A DNA stretch of 40,384 nucleotides from Chloroflexota bacterium. GTDB taxonomy: Bacteria > Chloroflexota > Dehalococcoidia > GIF9 > UBA5629. A program made the position numbers and the translations under genes. Shown piece after piece: positions 1-9,349 of the stretch. Under the pieces are notes generated by a model. It was not told the origin of the DNA. It did not search any database and worked only from the letters and a program-made list of their open reading frames with translations. Position 1 is the first letter of the stretch; each line of letters opens with the position of its first letter. The stretch lies in assembly GCA_020354105.1 (NCBI GenBank), contig CP070642.1, positions 1,670,691-1,711,074 of the forward strand, read 5' to 3'.

Positions 1-227
1 CGCATATCGGGATATCAAGTGTCTTAGCTATCTCCACTCCATACTCAATGAGCAATTTCCCGCCCAGAGTCGTGGTAAGAGCCCAAGAACCAAGCACCAG
101 CAGCGGCCTATTAGCACGTTTAATCAGGTGAGCATACTCACTGGCGTCCTCAATAATTCTGGCTGATTTAGTGCCGGTTAATACGTTAACTCGATGATAC
201 GGTAAAGTCGTGGTCATAACAAAACCT
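1..227 (-). CDS. cdhB: CO dehydrogenase/acetyl-CoA synthase epsilon subunit (CdhB-like), 3' end runs off the window
   Basis: My own translation from ATG 227..225 gives MTTTLPYHRVNVLTGTKSARIIEDASEYAHLIKRANRPLLVLGSWALTTTLGGKLLIEYGVEIAKTLDIPIC. The A..LIK.A.RPLL.LG segment resembles archaeal CdhB. AGGAGG Shine-Dalgarno at 232-237. It lies directly downstream of cdhA, as in cdhAB operons. It is not in the ORF track because it is open at the window edge. Confidence 0.65.
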
Positions 228-301
228 CCTTACTCATGCTACTTTCGTCGTCTCAATAGCCTTCTCTACCACCAGTTTGGTCATAAGCCCGCCACGATGC
301 A

Positions 302-2611
302 TCAGTGTATAACTGCATCCAAAGGCACCTCAGAAGTATAAGTTCCCATCAAAGTGGGCAAAGTCAAGACTGGCTTCTCTTTCCAGCCGACCTTCTCAAG
401 ATATGCCATTACTTCCTTCTTAAAGAAGATAGGTATATCCGAAGCTTTTCTAACGAACAGGTGAAGGTCGTCCGGCAGGCTACCCAGATACTGCTTATGC
501 AGGGCAATATAATGGGTAAGCTTCAATTGGCGCCCCTGAGCAGTATCATTCTTCCTGATGCACAATTTTGCCATGGTGACCATCGCCCTCTCTTTGGACT
601 CTACAACTGTAATCAGATGTTCAGGCGACGGCTCCTCAGTGTTCACCAGCTTTCTCTCCCTGCCATCCATCACTGTCCAGTCATCCTCCTCCTTCCGGCT
701 CATATAGAGCCTTCTATATTTGGAGGAATGAGGGCCAACAACTACGGGTATTCCCAGCCTGTTACAGCCGGTGGCGATTGATGCCGCCTTCTGAGAATAA
801 GCTCCCCAGGCAAGGCCGCAGGCACCGACGCGGTTTAAGATATAGTCGGCTATAACCTCATAGTTACCTCTCAGAGGTAGTGTGGCAAATATATTGGCCA
901 CCTTCATAGCAGCCCCGGTGATATGTGAGTTTGCTACGCAGGAACCGACGTTAAGAACTCCGCCGGCATCGAAATTGGGCGGATATTTCTCATAAATAGT
1001 TTTGCCGTCTTTATCCTTCTTCATCCCAGCTGCCATGGCTGAGCAACCACTCAGCACAACGATGTATTTCCTCTTGGCGAATTCCTCAGCGATGTCAGCT
1101 ATCTCAGTGATTTCTTCGGGGAAGTTGGAGCAGCCGACAATTGCAATGATGCCAGGGATGGTGCCGAGAACGATAGGCGCACCGACCTTTCTTATCTCTA
1201 CGTCCATAATTGGACCTCGCCCCACCCTCATCTTCCAAGTTTCCCAGCTGGCTGCTGCCTGCATCATCTTGATTATGGGCACATGGCGAGGGCATTCCTG
1301 GTCGCACTTGCCGCAGCCGATGCATTTGTTGAACACTTCCACCAACGGTTGTATATTGCCATTTTTGGCTGCCTCGATGGCATCGCCAACCGGCAGCAAG
1401 TTGGGGCAAACCTGGCTGCACATATTGCACAGCCGATGGTCTTTAGCCATGTCCGGCACCTCTTCGGGCTTAACCAAGACTTTATTCCTCTTCGGCGCCA
1501 GTTCCAGAGCCACCTTCACCGCTACCTCGGCAGCCTTATCTGGGTCAAATATCAAGGTCTGCTTTCCACCTACCATTTCTTTCACTACCTCGTCTGTTTC
1601 CCTCTTGGTCACATCTTCAAGTCCGTAGCAGATTTTGTCATTGGTGGCAATTAGTGCCGTGCCCACCTTGGCAGCCTCGCCGGGTACATCACACCTGACA
1701 CATTGCTCATCGGTGACTATAACATCAGCAATGCCCGTCCTGATAAAGAAAAGCTGGCGGGACAGCGGGCCGATCACCTTGGCCCTATCGCTGTATCGCA
1801 CCACCTCTTGCGCGGTACAACAAATGCCGGCGACTTCGACCTTATCCTGCAAACCATGCTCGTTTATATAATCAACGATGGGAATAGCCGTAACCGGTTT
1901 ATGCCCAATCAGGCAAATCACTGGCTTCGTCCTGTCCACCGCTCCCCAACCCAGATCAACCAAGGGAGTTTCAGCCACAGAGGTTGGATAGCCGAAACCA
2001 ACTATCTCGGCAATATCAGCGGCTTCCAAGGCGACGTGGTCCAGCATGGAGATATGAAGGGCTTTGGACTCATAGTCCAGAGCCGACCCTTCCTGCCCGG
2101 TATGAAGTGCCGAAATACAATGGATAAGCTGGTTCTCCACATACTCAACAGCCTTTTCCAGGTCACCCAAAGTTTCAGGCTTCAGCCCCATGACCGTTCT
2201 TATATGCGGTGCCTCCACAAGTACCTGGTCGCCCAGGTTAATTTTATAATCTCTGCCATGCTTCTCAATCAAATAGTGAAGCACATGCCTTGCATGGCCA
2301 CCATGGGCTGCCGTACCCATGCAGCAAGCTAAGAGGACAACCCTTGCCTGCTGTGCGGAAATATCGATTCCACAAGCCCCCCTCTTATCTCCGGTGAGAT
2401 CGCATTTGCCGTAGGTGCAGAAGCAGCACAAATCGCACATGGGAGCATAAAAAGGCTTGTAGGTCTTGAGCAGTCTCATGTCCCAGTTTCTTAAATCTGG
2501 AAGCTCAGGCATAGGTGTATGACCTACAGGCTCCCAGTTATCTTCAGCCCGGATAATCTCGTCAACCGTCTCTTTTCGTAAATTCTTCTTCTTTTTGCTA
2601 ACTACAGCCAT
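302..2611 (-). CDS. cdhA: Archaeal-type carbon monoxide dehydrogenase catalytic (alpha) subunit of the CODH/ACS complex
   Basis: 769 aa. N-terminal Cys cluster PMCDLCCFCTYGKCDLTGDKRGACGID; VIGHKP, GICCTA and DEQCVR motifs; internal 2x[4Fe-4S] insert (CNMCSQVCP, CIGCGKCDQECP); C-terminal GSCVANSHI and RVGACGLAWGAYSQKAASI. Colinear with Methanosarcina CdhA as I recall it. GGAGG SD upstream of ATG 2611. Confidence 0.9.
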   Translation of the reverse strand: MAVVSKKKKNLRKETVDEIIRAEDNWEPVGHTPMPELPDLRNWDMRLLKTYKPFYAPMCDLCCFCTYGKCDLTGDKRGACGIDISAQQARVVLLACCMGTAAHGGHARHVLHYLIEKHGRDYKINLGDQVLVEAPHIRTVMGLKPETLGDLEKAVEYVENQLIHCISALHTGQEGSALDYESKALHISMLDHVALEAADIAEIVGFGYPTSVAETPLVDLGWGAVDRTKPVICLIGHKPVTAIPIVDYINEHGLQDKVEVAGICCTAQEVVRYSDRAKVIGPLSRQLFFIRTGIADVIVTDEQCVRCDVPGEAAKVGTALIATNDKICYGLEDVTKRETDEVVKEMVGGKQTLIFDPDKAAEVAVKVALELAPKRNKVLVKPEEVPDMAKDHRLCNMCSQVCPNLLPVGDAIEAAKNGNIQPLVEVFNKCIGCGKCDQECPRHVPIIKMMQAAASWETWKMRVGRGPIMDVEIRKVGAPIVLGTIPGIIAIVGCSNFPEEITEIADIAEEFAKRKYIVVLSGCSAMAAGMKKDKDGKTIYEKYPPNFDAGGVLNVGSCVANSHITGAAMKVANIFATLPLRGNYEVIADYILNRVGACGLAWGAYSQKAASIATGCNRLGIPVVVGPHSSKYRRLYMSRKEEDDWTVMDGRERKLVNTEEPSPEHLITVVESKERAMVTMAKLCIRKNDTAQGRQLKLTHYIALHKQYLGSLPDDLHLFVRKASDIPIFFKKEVMAYLEKVGWKEKPVLTLPTLMGTYTSEVPLDAVIH

Positions 2612-2679
2612 TATGGATACCTCCTTATATAAAGATGGTTACTATTTAATTATACTATTAATGAGAATAGTTATCAATA

Positions 2680-3585
2680 TTATATCTTGCCTTCGATAAC
2701 CTCTCTCATGAGTTTACAGTTTTCGGGCTGTCTCAATACCAGGACATTGGCTCCAGCCAAAAGAAGGCTGATAGCCGTAATGCCCTCCCATAAAAGCCCC
2801 TGCTTCTCATTTTCTTTAGCCTGCTTAGTCCTGGCACACTCGCTGCCCAGGTCGGCGATAATCGGCATCTGCATGGTGTTATCGCCGAACATGACGCCGA
2901 TGTGCTTGGTTCTCTCCATTATGGTGAAGCTATATTCCATGCCATAACCCAGGGCTGAGCTTAATGGGTCAATAACTATCCGCTCACTGGGGAATGTTTT
3001 CAGCAGCTTTACGTTCAATTCTTTCTCCAGGTTTATGTCCAACGGAGATTGAGCGATTATGCAATGCCCGTGGTCCAGAGCCGCTTTGCTTATAGGCTCA
3101 TAGTTTTCCTTGGCCACCGGTCCCATGAGGAGGTTTTCACCAGCGCAAACTTCCGCCACTTTGGTCAGAACCTCGATATCCTTAGTTTCATCTCCCGAGC
3201 CATAGACGATAAGCGGCCTGTTTATGGCCGATGCCACCTGTTTGACCACCGCGGCAGCCTTGTCTGCAGGAGCATTCGCCCCTGCCGGGTCAGTGCTCAC
3301 CAAGCGCAGACAAACCAGGTCAGCGCCAAAGTCCAGGCATTTCTTCGCCCATGCCACCGGGTCAGAGAGCACATCTTTGTACGGCCGGCATTCCCATTCG
3401 GTCCAGTTCGTAGGCGCAGCATCAAGTACTTCTAAAGCCAGCCGAGGCCCATTTTCTATCTTGCCTTCAAAAAAATGAAAAGGGAGAACACTCTCTCCCC
3501 CAATTTTTAAAGCTTTTTCCCCCTTCCCGATAACCACCTCGGCCACTTTTCCTGAATAGGTCTCCAAAGGTGCTTTGTAGTCCAT
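2680..3585 (-). CDS. acsD: Corrinoid iron-sulfur protein small subunit (AcsD / CdhD-like)
   Basis: 301 aa. LPFHFFEG, GENLLMG, IIAQSPLDINLEKELN, IDPLSSALGYGMEYSFTIMER and LLWEGITAISLLLAGANVLVLRQPE match Moorella AcsD segment by segment (from memory). GGAG SD. Confidence 0.88.
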   Translation of the reverse strand: MDYKAPLETYSGKVAEVVIGKGEKALKIGGESVLPFHFFEGKIENGPRLALEVLDAAPTNWTEWECRPYKDVLSDPVAWAKKCLDFGADLVCLRLVSTDPAGANAPADKAAAVVKQVASAINRPLIVYGSGDETKDIEVLTKVAEVCAGENLLMGPVAKENYEPISKAALDHGHCIIAQSPLDINLEKELNVKLLKTFPSERIVIDPLSSALGYGMEYSFTIMERTKHIGVMFGDNTMQMPIIADLGSECARTKQAKENEKQGLLWEGITAISLLLAGANVLVLRQPENCKLMREVIEGKI

Positions 3586-3608
3586 CTTTCACTCCTTCTT
3601 AAAGAATT

Positions 3609-4487
3609 CTAACTCTCGAGCCAGGCGTGAGAGTAAAGCGTCTCTCCCATAAGCACTTTCGTGGTTTTGACGTAATCCCGCTCCTTTTGCGACAGCGAAC
3701 CCAAGTCTACAGCCTCCCCGTCCATCGTCTTATATATGAGGTCAACGATATTAGGTAGCTCGCCCCTATTTAGCTTGACCAGTTCCTCATCCAGTACGTC
3801 GGCAATCGCCGAGTACAGTCCCCTTCTTCCCAGCATCGTCATGTAGGTACGGTTGAGAATACCTCTGAACTCATCAGGTGTGCCGTTGGACACATTTGAC
3901 AATCCCACCGTCGACTTGACACCAGGCATAAGGTCCTGCAGCATGCCGATGAATTCCACTGCATCAGCAACTTGTTTCTGATCGGCGCTCACCGGCAGTA
4001 TTATGGGGTCAACCCAGATATCTTCGTTTGGGATACCCAGTTCGTTGGCTAAGGCGATTGTCTCCATAATGCTCTCTATCCGGGAATCGATGTCAGGAGG
4101 ACAGCCTTTGTCGGTCAGCACCGAAATGACGACATCGGTATTGTATTTCTTCGCTAGGGGCAGCACCAGTTCCTTACTGTCAGTCCTTCCCGAGGCTGAG
4201 TTGAGCAGAGGCCTCTTCTTACAGGCTTTGAGGCCGGCTTCCATGGCTACGGGATTCAAAGTGTCCACGGATATGGGTAAATCACTAACCCCTTGAATTG
4301 CATCGACCAGCCACTGGGTTACCTCTTCCGGGTCTCTTTTCGCCGGTCCTAGGTTTAGGTCTATGTAGTCTGCGCCAGCGGCAGTCTGTGCTTTTGCCAG
4401 GTCCTGTATTACCTTGGGATTGCGTTCCTTGACAGCGTCATTGACATCCTTGGAAATAATATGAATGCTTTCGCCAATTAAAACCAT
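3609..4487 (-). CDS. acsE: Methyltetrahydrofolate:corrinoid/iron-sulfur protein methyltransferase (pterin-binding domain)
   Basis: 292 aa. The MVLIGESIH start, YIDLNLGPA, SVDTLNPVAMEAGLKACKKRPLLNS, VDPIILP and GLSNVS are the MeTr/AcsE pterin-binding barrel motifs. AAGGGGG SD. Ends in TAG. Confidence 0.88.
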   Translation of the reverse strand: MVLIGESIHIISKDVNDAVKERNPKVIQDLAKAQTAAGADYIDLNLGPAKRDPEEVTQWLVDAIQGVSDLPISVDTLNPVAMEAGLKACKKRPLLNSASGRTDSKELVLPLAKKYNTDVVISVLTDKGCPPDIDSRIESIMETIALANELGIPNEDIWVDPIILPVSADQKQVADAVEFIGMLQDLMPGVKSTVGLSNVSNGTPDEFRGILNRTYMTMLGRRGLYSAIADVLDEELVKLNRGELPNIVDLIYKTMDGEAVDLGSLSQKERDYVKTTKVLMGETLYSHAWLES

Positions 4488-4566
4488 GTGAGCCCCCTTC
4501 TATTTAATACCCTTGAAAATAAAGCTTTACAGGGATGATTGCATGAGTAGGCCAAACCAAAGAGAT

Positions 4567-4595
4567 ATTGTACCACCTCATAGTACAAGCGTCAA
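4567..4595 (-). promoter_or_regulatory. Sigma70-type promoter for the acsE-acsD-cdhAB operon
   Basis: On the minus strand: TTGACG (4595..4590), 17-nt spacer, TACAAT (4572..4567). Predicted leader of about 70 nt to ATG 4487. Confidence 0.6.
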
Positions 4596-4696
4596 CAGTA
4601 TTTGTATCTATTAAGGTATTTGGGTAGGTCTACGGGCATGAGAACCGGTCCACCAAAAAATAGCTTCGGGCGGAGCTAAAGCACGCAGCTATATAA

Positions 4697-4726
4697 TTGA
4701 AAGCTTCAGCTGCTGAAAGCTATAAT
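4697..4726 (+). promoter_or_regulatory. Sigma70-type promoter for the radical SAM / acs operon
   Basis: TTGAAA (4697-4702), 18-nt spacer, TATAAT (4721-4726), about 22 nt upstream of ATG 4749. The spacer is itself an imperfect palindrome. Confidence 0.55.
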
Positions 4727-4748
4727 TGACTTTTGTGAGCTAAAGAAT

Positions 4749-6584
4749 ATGAATATTCTCGATGATATACTGCATGAGGTCTCCAGGCCAGCCCGCTACA
4801 GTGGTGGCGAGTGGAACAGTATAATCAAAGACTGGCAAGCAACTCCAATTCGAATCGCCCTGGCCTTCCCTGACGTATATGAAGTCGGCATGTCCAACCT
4901 GGCGCTGCCCATACTATACAAAATACTGAATGACCAGCCCGATATCCTCGCCGAGCGGGTCTATGCCCCCTGGCTGGACATGGAGACACAGCTCAAACAG
5001 CACAACATTCCGCTGTTCAGCCTGGAGACCAAGCACTCCCTGAAGGACTTCGACATTATCGGCTTCTCTCTGGGCTACGAACTTACCTACACAAATGTGC
5101 TGAATATGCTCGACCTGGCAGAAATTCCATTGCTCAGCCATCAGCGTAAAGATTCGCACCCCCTGATAATAGCCGGTGGTAGCTGCGCCTTTAACCCGGA
5201 GCCAATGGCCGATTTTATAGACTTATTTGTTATAGGCGACGCCGAAGAAGCGATACTTAAAATACTGGAAGTCTTCCGAGCCTGTAAAAGTAACAAAGAA
5301 CGAATGCTGAGACAGGCAGCAAAACTCCCCGGCATATATGTGCCCAGCCTATATGAGGTGGCTCATCACAAAGATGGCACCTTCGATAGCATAACACCAA
5401 AGGTACCGGAGGCCAAGCTACCAGTCGAGAGACAGATAATAGATAAATTACCACAGCCTGTTACCAGTCCAGTGGTACCTCATATCAAAGTAGTACATGA
5501 CCGCGGGGCTGTGGAAATCCAGAGGGGATGCAGTCGAGGATGCCGCTTCTGTCAAGCAGGTATGATTTATCGGCCGGTTCGTGAACTTCCCGAGCAACAG
5601 GTAATCGAAAGTGTGGCACAGCTTATAAGTAACTGTGGATACAATGAAGTATCGCTGGTCTCTCTGAGCACCGGAGATTACCATAACATAAGCGAGTTAA
5701 TCGGTCAGCTGTCCCGCAAATACTATCACGACAACCTTACCCTGTCCCTACCCAGCCTCCGCCTTGATACGTCGTCTATAGAGTTGATAGAGTCACTGCC
5801 TCACCGGCGCAAGACCACTCTTACCTTCGCCCCTGAGGCTGGGACCGAGAGGCTGCGGCAAGTCATAAATAAACACATACCCGAAGAGGCGATGCTTGAC
5901 ACCTTCACCGCTGCCTTCGAAAAGGGCTGGCTGAATCTCAAGCTATATTTCATGGTCGGGCTGCCCACTGAGACCATCGAAGACGTAAAGGGCATAGTAG
6001 ACCTGGTGACCAAAACCTGCCAGCTAGGCAAGAAAATCAGAAATAAACCCCCAAGGCTCAGAATCAGCGTAGCCACCTTTGTTCCCAAGCCCCACACCCC
6101 CTGCCAATGGTTAGGGCAGGATACTGAAGAGCAGCTAACCCCCAAACATGAACTGCTCAAACAAGGTTTTCACCGGACTGGAGTTCACCTTTCTTGGCAG
6201 GACACCAAAACCAGCCAGCTTGAAGCAGCCTTGTCCCGAGGTGACCGCAGGCTGGGCAAAGTTATACACAAGGCATGGGAACTGGGCAGTAGGTTTGATG
6301 CCTGGCAAGAATGCTTCAACTACGACAACTGGCTGCATGCCTTTAAGGAATGCAAACTCGACCCCGCCTTCTATGCTAATCGGGAAAGACCCAAGGATGA
6401 GGTGTTACCCTGGCAGCATATCGATATCGGAGTAAAATCAGCCTTCCTCAAGAAAGAATATCAGCATATGCAGCAAGGTAAGGAGACACCCGATTGTCGC
6501 CACGGACATTGCAATGCCTGCGGACTTCAGCAACAGCATCCAGATTGCCAGCAAAAATTCAAGCCAAACGTCAAACTGGTATAA
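4749..6584 (+). CDS. B12-binding-domain radical SAM protein (TIGR03960-like)
   Basis: 611 aa. N-terminal B12-binding-like domain followed by the radical SAM core with CSRGCRFCQAG (CxxxCxxC). The length and the C-terminal Cys/His-rich tail are typical of the large uncharacterised radical SAM family. Confidence 0.8.
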   Translation: MNILDDILHEVSRPARYSGGEWNSIIKDWQATPIRIALAFPDVYEVGMSNLALPILYKILNDQPDILAERVYAPWLDMETQLKQHNIPLFSLETKHSLKDFDIIGFSLGYELTYTNVLNMLDLAEIPLLSHQRKDSHPLIIAGGSCAFNPEPMADFIDLFVIGDAEEAILKILEVFRACKSNKERMLRQAAKLPGIYVPSLYEVAHHKDGTFDSITPKVPEAKLPVERQIIDKLPQPVTSPVVPHIKVVHDRGAVEIQRGCSRGCRFCQAGMIYRPVRELPEQQVIESVAQLISNCGYNEVSLVSLSTGDYHNISELIGQLSRKYYHDNLTLSLPSLRLDTSSIELIESLPHRRKTTLTFAPEAGTERLRQVINKHIPEEAMLDTFTAAFEKGWLNLKLYFMVGLPTETIEDVKGIVDLVTKTCQLGKKIRNKPPRLRISVATFVPKPHTPCQWLGQDTEEQLTPKHELLKQGFHRTGVHLSWQDTKTSQLEAALSRGDRRLGKVIHKAWELGSRFDAWQECFNYDNWLHAFKECKLDPAFYANRERPKDEVLPWQHIDIGVKSAFLKKEYQHMQQGKETPDCRHGHCNACGLQQQHPDCQQKFKPNVKLV

Positions 6585-6614
6585 TGATAATACGCCAAGG
6601 CAAGGAGCTGAGCT

Positions 6615-8537
6615 ATGGTAAAAACATCTTTACCTTCTGAAGCGGTGTACTGGCCATTCAAGAAATACATGGATATGTATAATCGCTCAATACAAGATCC
6701 GGAACGTTTTTGGGCTGAAGAAGCTCGCAAGTTGGATTGGTTTAAGACGTGGGACAAAGTCCTTGACTGGCAACCACCTTTTGCCCGCTGGTTTGAAGGA
6801 GGCAGAATCAACGCCAGCTATCAATGCGTGGATCGACATGTTAAGACCTGGCGGAGAAGCAAGGTTGCTATATACTGGGAGGGGGAGCTGGGCGATAGCC
6901 AGGTCTTAAGCTACTCCACGCTATACAGATGGGTCAATAAATTCGCTTCAGTACTTAAAAATTTGGGTGTCAACAAGGGAGATACGGTCGCCCTATATCT
7001 GCCGATGATTCCCGAACTGCCTATATTCATGCTCGCCTGTGCTAGAATCGGAGCCCCGCATACCGTTGTCTTCTCCGGTTTCAGCGCTCAGGCTCTGGCC
7101 GACCGAATCAACGATATCAAAGCCAAAGTTCTAGTAACGGCAGACGCCGGCTTCAGAAGAGGTAAGCATCTGGAACTCAAAAAAATCAGCGATGAAGCCG
7201 TAAGTCTATCACCATCAATTGAAAAGGTGGTGGTTGCTAGAAGGGCAGGTACAGCTACGGATATGAAACAAGGACGAGACTTCTGGCTGCACGAGTTACT
7301 CGATGATGCCAGCTCCTTCGTGCCTGCTGAACCTGTTGAGGCCACCCATCCTCTTTATATTCTTTATACATCAGGTACCACCGGAAAGCCCAAGGGCATT
7401 GTCCACGGCACCGGCGGCTACCTCGTTTTCACCAATTCTGGCTACGAATGGGTATTCAATGTGAAGGAGGAGTCTGTTTACTGGTGCACGGCCGATGTTG
7501 GTTGGGTCACCGGACACAGCTCCATAGTCTACGGCCCCTTATGTCATGGCGCTGCCATCGTCCTTTACGAAGGAGCGCCTGACTACCCATCGGTAGATAG
7601 ATGGTGGGACATCGTAGAAAAATATGGTGTTTCGATATTCTACACATCACCCACCGGCATCAGGATGCTGATGAAATATGGCGAAGACGTGGTCAAAAAA
7701 CACGACCTGAGCAGTCTTGAGCTACTGGGCAGCGTTGGAGAAGCTATAAACCCCGAAGCCTGGCAATGGTATTACAAGGTCATCGGCGGTGAAAGATGTC
7801 CCATAGTAGACACCTGGTGGCAGACTGAAACCGGCGGCACAATGATATCGCCGACACCAGGCATAGAACTGGTGCCTCTTAAGCCAGGCTCAGCAACCTT
7901 CCCCCTGCCCGGGGTCAATGCTGATATCTTTGATGAAAGCGGTAAATCGGTGCCAGCCGGAGAGAAAGGCTATCTGGTCATGAAGTCACCCTGGCCGGGT
8001 ATGCTCATCGGCATACACGGGGACCCTGAAAGGTATCAGCAGACCTACTGGTCTAAATTCCCAGGCATGTTCTACACCGGTGACTATGCCATCAGGGACA
8101 AAGATGGTTATTTCTGGCTGCTAGGCAGGGCCGATGAGGTCCTCAAAATAGCCGGGCATAGAATCGGCACAATAGAGATAGAAGATGCTGCTGTTTCTCA
8201 CGAAGCTGTAGTTGAGGCTGCTGTAACCAGCAGGCCAGACGAAGTTAAAGGTGAAAGCGTAGTCATCTTCGCCACGCTCAAGCAAGGGGTAGAGCCCTCT
8301 CAGGAGCTTAAGAACAACATAAAGCAGCATATACGCAAGACGCTGGGGCCTGTAGCCACTCCTGACGAAATCTATTTCGTGGCTAAACTGCCAAAGACGA
8401 GAAGTGGTAAAATCATGAGACGAGTTCTCAAAGCCGTAGCCAGCGGCACAAAAATCGGTGACCTGACCACGCTGGAAGACGAAGCATCTGTGGAAGAAGT
8501 GAAGAAAGCCTTTAAGGAGCTTAAAAAAGAGGTGTGA
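6615..8537 (+). CDS. acs: Acetyl-CoA synthetase (AMP-forming)
   Basis: 640 aa. YTSGTTGKPKG AMP-binding signature, WWQTETGG, YFTGDYA..DKDGYFWLLGRADEVLK..GHRIGT.EIE, and PKTRSGKIMRR at the C-terminus. GGAG SD. Confidence 0.93.
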   Translation: MVKTSLPSEAVYWPFKKYMDMYNRSIQDPERFWAEEARKLDWFKTWDKVLDWQPPFARWFEGGRINASYQCVDRHVKTWRRSKVAIYWEGELGDSQVLSYSTLYRWVNKFASVLKNLGVNKGDTVALYLPMIPELPIFMLACARIGAPHTVVFSGFSAQALADRINDIKAKVLVTADAGFRRGKHLELKKISDEAVSLSPSIEKVVVARRAGTATDMKQGRDFWLHELLDDASSFVPAEPVEATHPLYILYTSGTTGKPKGIVHGTGGYLVFTNSGYEWVFNVKEESVYWCTADVGWVTGHSSIVYGPLCHGAAIVLYEGAPDYPSVDRWWDIVEKYGVSIFYTSPTGIRMLMKYGEDVVKKHDLSSLELLGSVGEAINPEAWQWYYKVIGGERCPIVDTWWQTETGGTMISPTPGIELVPLKPGSATFPLPGVNADIFDESGKSVPAGEKGYLVMKSPWPGMLIGIHGDPERYQQTYWSKFPGMFYTGDYAIRDKDGYFWLLGRADEVLKIAGHRIGTIEIEDAAVSHEAVVEAAVTSRPDEVKGESVVIFATLKQGVEPSQELKNNIKQHIRKTLGPVATPDEIYFVAKLPKTRSGKIMRRVLKAVASGTKIGDLTTLEDEASVEEVKKAFKELKKEV

Positions 8538-8601
8538 AGCACAACATATAATGCTTACTCCATGACGGGAGGTGGCCAGGCATGGGAGGAGAGGAAAGAA
8601 T

Positions 8602-8630
8602 TTGACTTCTTAACCGAAAACCACTAAACT
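8602..8630 (+). promoter_or_regulatory. Sigma70-type promoter for rplY/ctc
   Basis: TTGACT (8602-8607), 17-nt spacer, TAAACT (8625-8630). Confidence 0.5.
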
Positions 8631-8660
8631 TTGACCTTTGTAACTGAAAGGGTTAACAAG

Positions 8661-9335
8661 ATGAAACGACTTGAACTCGAAGCTTCCAAAAGAGATGTGA
8701 CCGGCAAGAAAGTGAGATTTCTACGCCGTCAAGGTATCATTCCGGCAAATATCTATGGACACGGAATCGACTCTACCCCCATAAATGTCGATGCCAGAAG
8801 CCTGATGCATTTGCTGGCTCAAGCAGGCAAGACCGACCTTATATCGCTCAAGGTTGATGATTCAAAAGGCCCGGTAAAGGTGCTAATGCGTGAAGTTCAA
8901 AAGAATCCTCTAACCGATGAGCCTCTACATGTGGATTTCTATCAGGTCAGGATGACCGAGAAGATAAAAGCAGACGTTCCTTTGGTATTCATCGGCGAGG
9001 CGCCAGTGCTGAAGAATGTCAAGAACAGCTCCTTGTTCCATCTTATTGATTCCCTGCATATTGAAGCTTTGCCTGACGACCTGCCTCACAGCTTCGAGGT
9101 CGACGTGTCAAATATTGAAGAGCTCGACCAGACGATCCATATAAAGGACATACCCATTGGCCACGGAATCACGCTGCTCAGTGACCCAGAACAGATGGTA
9201 GTCAAAGTGGCCGAGGCCCGCAAGGAAGAGGTCATAGAGGTACCGGTAGAAGCCGAGGTTGCAGAAGAGGCTGAGGTTACTGAAGAAGCTGAAGAGGCTG
9301 CAGAAGCCAAAGCCGAGTCCGGCGAAGAGGAATAA
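8661..9335 (+). CDS. rplY: Ribosomal protein L25 / general stress protein Ctc, with an acidic C-terminal tail
   Basis: MKRLELEASKRDVTGKKVRFLRRQGIIPANIYG is the canonical L25/Ctc N-terminus. I prefer ATG 8661 over the track's TTG 8631, which lies directly after the predicted -10 box. GAAAGGG SD at 8647-8653. Confidence 0.88.
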   Translation: MKRLELEASKRDVTGKKVRFLRRQGIIPANIYGHGIDSTPINVDARSLMHLLAQAGKTDLISLKVDDSKGPVKVLMREVQKNPLTDEPLHVDFYQVRMTEKIKADVPLVFIGEAPVLKNVKNSSLFHLIDSLHIEALPDDLPHSFEVDVSNIEELDQTIHIKDIPIGHGITLLSDPEQMVVKVAEARKEEVIEVPVEAEVAEEAEVTEEAEEAAEAKAESGEEE

Positions 9336-9349
9336 CTACCACAACAGCC

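Noticed and set aside
1002-2332. Plus-strand ORFs of 208, 123 and 209 aa (1002..1628, 1283..1654, 1703..2332) inside cdhA.
   Set aside because: They are antisense shadows of a gene with strong motif support, and their sequences are Ser/Pro/Ala-rich and featureless.
8631-8660. TTG 8631 as the L25 start.
   Set aside because: It begins immediately after the predicted -10 box (8625-8630), so it would lie upstream of the predicted transcription start site. ATG 8661 has an SD and gives the conserved N-terminus.
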